Below, one piece after another: positions 59,257 to 64,000 of a DNA stretch of 64,000 nt. The notes beneath the pieces are model-generated. The model ran no database searches, was not told the origin of the DNA, and saw only the letters and a program-made list of their open reading frames with translations. Both the position numbers and the translations under genes were made by a program. Position 1 is the first letter of the stretch, and the number at the start of each line of letters is the position of its first letter. This DNA is from an uncultured bacterium (lineage in GTDB: Bacteria > Patescibacteriota > Minisyncoccia > Phycocordibacterales > PALSA-1337). The stretch covers positions 241,117-305,116 of the forward strand of contig CAIMDG010000002.1 in the NCBI GenBank assembly GCA_903839725.1, in the 5' to 3' direction.

Positions 59257-59828
59257 AATCAGTAACTATTTCACAACATAAAAAGTTAATAGTAATTGCA
59301 TGCGTAGCATGTGTTGTTCTGGTTGCGTTGTATGCATATATGTATTACAGCGTAAATATTGCAACCGAACGAGCAGTTGCTGCAAAAGTCCTTATTCAAG
59401 AACATACCTTCAGTGATGCGAATGCGAATAAAATAAAAAAACTGTACCAAACTACCGAAAAACAGCGTGCAGATATACTGAAGCACGTTATACCTTCAAA
59501 TAAAATGCTTACATTTATTGAAACACTCGAGGCAGTGGGGGATGAGGCAGGGAGTACACTCACATTGTCTGCGGTAAGTGGTAGTAAAATGAGTGATACA
59601 GTTCCTACAGGAATGGAGCTCTTCCACGCACATGCAAATGTTTCAGGTTCATGGTCATCAGTGATGCAAACCTTGATGCTTGCTGAGGCACTACCATTCG
59701 TTACTGTGCTTGATTCAGTTCAGCTTGATACTTCAGCTACGGCAGGTACAAAAAATACCCACAGATGGCAGGCTTCATTCGACATTACTATGCTTGCCAG
59801 TCTCGCAACTTCAACCCCACAAAAATAA
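59253..59828 (+). CDS. PilO-like protein
   Basis: TM, coiled coil, GSW......E.LP; operon position. Confidence 0.65.
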   Translation: MKSVTISQHKKLIVIACVACVVLVALYAYMYYSVNIATERAVAAKVLIQEHTFSDANANKIKKLYQTTEKQRADILKHVIPSNKMLTFIETLEAVGDEAGSTLTLSAVSGSKMSDTVPTGMELFHAHANVSGSWSSVMQTLMLAEALPFVTVLDSVQLDTSATAGTKNTHRWQASFDITMLASLATSTPQK

Positions 59829-59829
59829 C

Positions 59830-60168
59830 ATGCACATGTTCCACCCTACATCTTCACAAGCACCTACCATTCCTTCATCGGTTTCTTCATGGAAATCATT
59901 CGGTCATCGGATAGGGCGCGACCCATTCACTGACTGGGCAACTGTTATTGCAACTTCAGTCGTACTTATTATTGTAAGTGTTGTTGTTGGAATAAATATC
60001 TACTTCAGTGTTGAGGCGACATTGAATCAAGTTCCAGATGATCAATTCCAAGCTGCTATCGTCAAGCCGGATGTATTCAAACAAGTGCTTACGAGCTTCG
60101 ATGAACGTGCTCAAAAGTATTCAACAATACTTCATGGTTACAATGGGCCACGAGATCCTTCGATGTAG
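59830..60168 (+). CDS. Small membrane protein at end of the pil operon
   Basis: P..DW plus TM, C-terminal DPS; start moved to ATG 59830. Confidence 0.65.
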   Translation: MHMFHPTSSQAPTIPSSVSSWKSFGHRIGRDPFTDWATVIATSVVLIIVSVVVGINIYFSVEATLNQVPDDQFQAAIVKPDVFKQVLTSFDERAQKYSTILHGYNGPRDPSM

Positions 60169-60223
60169 AGAAGATCTCGCATTTATTGGTGATTTTTGAA
60201 AGGTGTGCTAACTTTTGTGTATC

Positions 60224-60295
60224 GCCCTTGTAGTTCAATGGATAGAACTGCGGACTTCTAAGCCGTCGATGTTGGTTCGATTCCAACCAAGGGCA
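60224..60295 (+). tRNA. tRNA-Arg(UCU)
   Basis: Anticodon loop CTTCTAA; acceptor GCCCTTG/CAAGGGC. Confidence 0.93.
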
Positions 60296-60306
60296 CAACG
60301 TTAAAC

Positions 60307-60344
60307 AACCACTAGCGAGCCAAGCAGTTGGCTCGCTAGTGGTT
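60307..60344. repeat. tRNA-trailer palindrome
   Basis: AACCACTAGCGAGCCAA-GCAG-TTGGCTCGCTAGTGGTT; recurs in part at 62021-62050. Confidence 0.85.
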
Positions 60345-60355
60345 ATATTATGTAG

Positions 60356-60428
60356 TGCGCGATGCAGGACTTGAACCTGCGACCTTCTCTGTGTAAAAGA
60401 GTTGCTCTACCAACTGAGCTAATCGCGC
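60356..60428 (-). tRNA. tRNA-Val(UAC)
   Basis: Anticodon loop TTTACAC; GGTTCAAGTCC T-arm. Confidence 0.93.
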
Positions 60429-60578
60429 GAATTTCGCATAGTTTAGTAATAATTATATATTATTACTGATTCTTGCGAAATTCGGATCGGACAATTTCTT
60501 TTGGCGAAGCCTAAAGAAATTTCCGACCAGAATTTCACTTAAATTGCGAACAAGGCTACTTTAGCGTATATTCTCTCT

Positions 60579-61352
60579 ATGAGCAAGAAAGATGTAAAAG
60601 ACATACCAATCCTCTATGAGGATGATCAGTGCCTCGTGGTCAACAAACCAGCGGGTCTAATGGTGCATGCAGATGGTAGATCAGAAGGTCCATTCCTGAC
60701 TGATTGGGTTATAAAGAACTATCCAGAAACTGCCAATGTCGGTGAACCTATCCGCACCCCAGAAGGGGAAGTTGTTGTACGTCCTGGCATTGTTCACCGC
60801 CTCGACAGAGAGACAACTGGCGCACTTATCATTGCAAAAACAGCAGAAGCACACGCGCATCTCAAGGCGCAATTCAAGGATCGTACCGTTCATAAAAAAT
60901 ATCTTGTATTTGTATGGGGAGAGTTTACTGAAGAATTCGGAACAATCAATCGCTCGATCGGCCGCAGTAGTAGTGACTTCCGTCGATGGTCAGCGCAGCG
61001 TGGTATTCGTGGGGAAGTACGAAAAGCTGAGACATATTGGACACGTATCGGTAAAGCGCAAATCGGAGATGATCCACATGCCAAGTTTTCATTGTTGATA
61101 GCTGAACCAAAGACTGGTCGTACGCACCAGATTCGCGTGCATATGCTTGCAGTACAGCATCCAGTTGTCGGAGATACACTCTACGCTGAAAAGAAGCCTA
61201 TGGCTCTTGGATTCAAGAGATTGGCCCTTCATTCATGGTCAATCGAGTTCGAAAACATGGAAGGAAAGAGTATTCACGTCATTGCACCACTTCCTCGAGA
61301 TTTCACTCATGCATGTAAAGAATTGGGCGTTGATCCTAAAAAGATCAAATAG
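60579..61352 (+). CDS. RluA/RluD-family pseudouridine synthase
   Basis: NKPAGL, VHRLDRETTG, TGRTHQIRVH, GDTLY, LALHS. Confidence 0.95.
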   Translation: MSKKDVKDIPILYEDDQCLVVNKPAGLMVHADGRSEGPFLTDWVIKNYPETANVGEPIRTPEGEVVVRPGIVHRLDRETTGALIIAKTAEAHAHLKAQFKDRTVHKKYLVFVWGEFTEEFGTINRSIGRSSSDFRRWSAQRGIRGEVRKAETYWTRIGKAQIGDDPHAKFSLLIAEPKTGRTHQIRVHMLAVQHPVVGDTLYAEKKPMALGFKRLALHSWSIEFENMEGKSIHVIAPLPRDFTHACKELGVDPKKIK

Positions 61353-61392
61353 TCTTGAATATTTAATGGCTATATGATAAGGTAGTCCCACT

Positions 61393-61839
61393 ATGGCAAC
61401 TAAGGTAATTTCAACCGTCAATATTGAAGAGCGCAAGAAACTCGACATTCGTCCTGGTGACCTTGTTCGTGTATGGCAGAAAATCGAAGAAGACAAGGGT
61501 AAGTTCCGTCTTCAGGCATTCGAAGGTATCGTTATGTCACACAAGCATGGCCGTGAAGCCGGAGGTATGTTCGCTGTTCGTAAGGTTGTCGGTGGTATTG
61601 GAGTAGAACGCATTTTCCCATTATATTCTCCTATGGTTGATGAGATCGAACTCGTTCGCCGCTCAAAGGTCCGCCGCGCAAAGCTTTATTTCATCCGTCG
61701 CAAGGCAGCAAAGGAAATTCGTCACCAGATGCGTCGCATTCTCGACACAAAGGATCCCAATGAAGTTGTTAAAACAGACGTCATCAAAAAGGGAACAAAG
61801 GCTGATGCAAAGGAAGAGGTTACTGCAGAAGCAAAATAA
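61393..61839 (+). CDS. rplS: 50S ribosomal protein L19
   Basis: RPGDLVRV, RLQAFEG, GVERIFP..SP, KVRRAKLYF. Confidence 0.97.
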   Translation: MATKVISTVNIEERKKLDIRPGDLVRVWQKIEEDKGKFRLQAFEGIVMSHKHGREAGGMFAVRKVVGGIGVERIFPLYSPMVDEIELVRRSKVRRAKLYFIRRKAAKEIRHQMRRILDTKDPNEVVKTDVIKKGTKADAKEEVTAEAK

Positions 61840-61845
61840 TACAAA

Positions 61846-61874
61846 CAAAAAAACCGCTGAGAAGCGGTTTTTTT
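61846..61874. terminator. Bidirectional terminator
   Basis: AAAAAAACCGCT-GAGA-AGCGGTTTTTTT. Confidence 0.8.
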
Positions 61875-61875
61875 G

Positions 61876-62062
61876 TTGCCCACTAGCAATTATGTAACGT
61901 GTGCGCGGGAGAAGACTCGGCCTCGCCTCTCACTCGGCTACCCGCCTCGTTCGGGCTGGCCACCGGCTCGCGGTTTCGTGTTGCTACACGAAACATCGCT
62001 CCGCCGTTCGAGTCTTGAACGCGAGCCAAGCAGTTGGCTCGCTAGTGGTTATTTAATGTGTG
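61876..62062 (-). repeat. tRNA-Leu 3'-end duplication enclosing a GC-rich structured insert
   Basis: GTGTGCGCGGGAGAAGACTCG at 61899-61919 repeats 62060-62080. Confidence 0.85.
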
Positions 62063-62146
62063 TGCGCGGGAGAAGACTCGAACTTCCATGCCCTAACGGG
62101 CGCTACCACCTCAAGGTAGTGCGTCTACCAATTTCGCCACCCGCGC
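62063..62146 (-). tRNA. tRNA-Leu(GAG)
   Basis: CTACC-TTGAGGT-GGTAG, variable arm. Confidence 0.95.
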
Positions 62147-62247
62147 ATGGGTGTGGGGACACTATAGCTGAATGTGTGTACTTTTTCAATCTTTTAAAGT
62201 TATTACCAAAACTTTTCACTTTTCACTTTTAACTGTAAACTTGAATC

Positions 62248-62823
62248 ATGTTATATACCCGCAAAGGTGACGACGGTACAACGAGTGCTTTCAATTCCAA
62301 GAAAGGTCAGCGTATGTCCAAAAGTTCATGCCAGACAGAGTCCCTCGGAGCACTCGATGAACTCAACTCATTCCTCGGTTTACTCAAAGTGAAGTCAGTA
62401 GATATTTCATGGGGCCTACCTACGCAGGCAGGCGTGAATGGAAAAACACTCTCATATATAGTTGGTTGGACTCAAGATTGTTTGTTTACTATTCAAGCCG
62501 AAGTTGCTGGAGCGGGGAAGACTATTACTGCCGAAAAAATAACAGAGATCGAAATGATGGTGGATAGTGCGGAAAAAGAATTACCACCGATCACTACTTT
62601 TTTTATTTCAGGAGGAACAGAAATTGCAGCACTGTGTGACATTTCTCGTACACTTGCACGTAAGGCAGAGCGTCGTGTTGTCGCTGCTGTCGAAGAAAAA
62701 GAGATTATCGTAAGTCCAGAAACACTCGCATTCCTCAATCGACTTTCTTCGCTATTCTATGTTCTCGCTCGACTTATGAACCATAAATCTGGTATAAAGG
62801 AGGTATCGCCCAGTTACCACTAG
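62248..62823 (+). CDS. PduO-type cob(I)alamin adenosyltransferase
   Basis: YTRKGDDGTT, G.LDELNS.LG, F..SGG, R...RKAERR, LNRLSS. Confidence 0.9.
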   Translation: MLYTRKGDDGTTSAFNSKKGQRMSKSSCQTESLGALDELNSFLGLLKVKSVDISWGLPTQAGVNGKTLSYIVGWTQDCLFTIQAEVAGAGKTITAEKITEIEMMVDSAEKELPPITTFFISGGTEIAALCDISRTLARKAERRVVAAVEEKEIIVSPETLAFLNRLSSLFYVLARLMNHKSGIKEVSPSYH

Positions 62824-62914
62824 CTGGCGGTATATCTGGGAAGGTCATTGCTTCGGTTCGTTCGGCCTTTTTGTGTCCCTTAAAAGGGGATAGTCCTTCT
62901 CATGATGTGTATAT

Positions 62915-62990
62915 GGTGCCTATGGTGTAATGGTTAGCACTAGAGCTTGTGGAGCTTTCAGTTCGGGTTCGAATCCCGATAGGCACCCCA
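62915..62990 (+). tRNA. tRNA-His(GUG) with G-1 and encoded CCA
   Basis: AGAGC-TTGTGGA-GCTTT; G-1:C73. Confidence 0.93.
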
Positions 62991-63121
62991 TTCGAGAATG
63001 AGGATATAAATAATTTTACTACTTGACTTCTTTTTTCTTTACTATATCATTCAAATATACGTTTGAATGTATGTTGTGTGCGTGGTGTCAATTTATTAAG
63101 TTCTTAGCTTCAAATAAACAT

Positions 63122-63310
63122 ATGAAAAATGAAAGTAATAATGATCGTATTGTCCGTGTCATTGTGGGTATTGTATTGATTGTTATTGGGTATGTAACTT
63201 CGGGGTATATCTCAGCTATTTCTTATATCGTTGGGATAATCTCACTCTTTACCGCAGTAACTGGTTTTTGCTTACTTTATACACTCCTTGGTTTTTCGAC
63301 AAAGAAATAA
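63122..63310 (+). CDS. DUF2892 (YgaP-like) membrane protein
   Basis: N...DRIVR..VG, TG.C.LY.LLG.ST. Confidence 0.85.
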   Translation: MKNESNNDRIVRVIVGIVLIVIGYVTSGYISAISYIVGIISLFTAVTGFCLLYTLLGFSTKK

Positions 63311-63323
63311 TTAAGCAACATAC

Positions 63324-63782
63324 ATGTCTTCTCACACTCAAATGAATACACCTGTGCATACAAATAGCCCCCAAAAAAAGATTTTTGTCTGGTTAGGTAT
63401 TGTCGTAGTTGTTGTAGTCTTGTTCTTTTTGATAGGTAGTTTGGGCAGCACGACATCAGTAAGTAATAGCGCCTATAACACATTATTGGGTTCCCAAGAA
63501 TTTATATCGATGTACAAAGCTACTCCACATGCCGAATTGATTGATGTCCGAACTCCTGCCGAATTCAGTACAAGTCACATTGCAGGTGCAATCGATATTG
63601 ATTATGAAGGTTCAGATTTTGAAACAGCAGTGAAAGCACTTGATCCTTCAAAGACATATTTTGTTTATTGTCGTTCAGGCAATAGGTCCGGAAAGGCTAC
63701 GGCTATTATGCAACAAGATGGTATAGCGCATATTTATCAGCTTCAAGGTGGCATTATCGCTGCCCCTGCTTTATTGAAGTAG
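63324..63782 (+). CDS. Rhodanese-like domain protein
   Basis: IDVRTPAEF..HI.GA, YCRSGNRS, L.GG. Confidence 0.92.
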   Translation: MSSHTQMNTPVHTNSPQKKIFVWLGIVVVVVVLFFLIGSLGSTTSVSNSAYNTLLGSQEFISMYKATPHAELIDVRTPAEFSTSHIAGAIDIDYEGSDFETAVKALDPSKTYFVYCRSGNRSGKATAIMQQDGIAHIYQLQGGIIAAPALLK

Positions 63783-63801
63783 ATCAGTCCGCTCATTTTC
63801 T

Positions 63802-64000
63802 ATGAAAAAAGAAACAAAACAACTTGAAATAGAATCTTTGGCCAAGAAGCTTCTCGTAGCTGGAGATTCAACAAGACTCAAAATCCTATGTCTTATCTTT
63901 GAAGACAAGAAGGTGTGCGTATCGGAGATGGCAAAAAAACTTGGTATGAGTGTCGCGATTGTGTCGCATCATTTACAGTCGCTTGCAAAGACTGGATTTC
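63802..64000 (+). CDS. ArsR/SmtB-family regulator (runs off the window end)
   Basis: Manual translation GDSTRLKIL..VCVSEMAKKLGMS..VSHHLQSL. Confidence 0.85.
   Translation, partial: MKKETKQLEIESLAKKLLVAGDSTRLKILCLIFEDKKVCVSEMAKKLGMSVAIVSHHLQSLAKTGF

Overview
Chromosomal segment of a small-genome bacterium; gene content and style suggest Patescibacteria/CPR, probably Parcubacteria (inference). It spans the replication-origin region (yidC-rnpA-rpmH / dnaA-dnaN) and carries housekeeping genes (pnp, pcrA, rsmA, ruvABC, polA, mutM, rpsT, rplS), seven tRNAs, comM and type IV pilus genes, a VirB4/PrgI/VirB6/pilin T4SS-like cluster without a visible relaxase, and several orphan ORFs. The most unusual signals are non-coding. 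(1) A dispersed set of stem-loop elements has conserved cores enclosed by long inverted arms that differ from copy to copy; the best family has four full copies with a loop of exactly 63 nt plus one truncated copy. (2) A complete type III hammerhead ribozyme lies in the leader of a methyltransferase gene. (3) A four-helix-bundle gene is enclosed by heptamer-repeat inverted arms that also occur without the gene. (4) Palindromes appear inserted in frame in polA and pduO. (5) Many genes have a -10 box only 6-7 nt before the ATG, implying leaderless mRNAs. Everything was read by eye; no database searches or folding programs were run.
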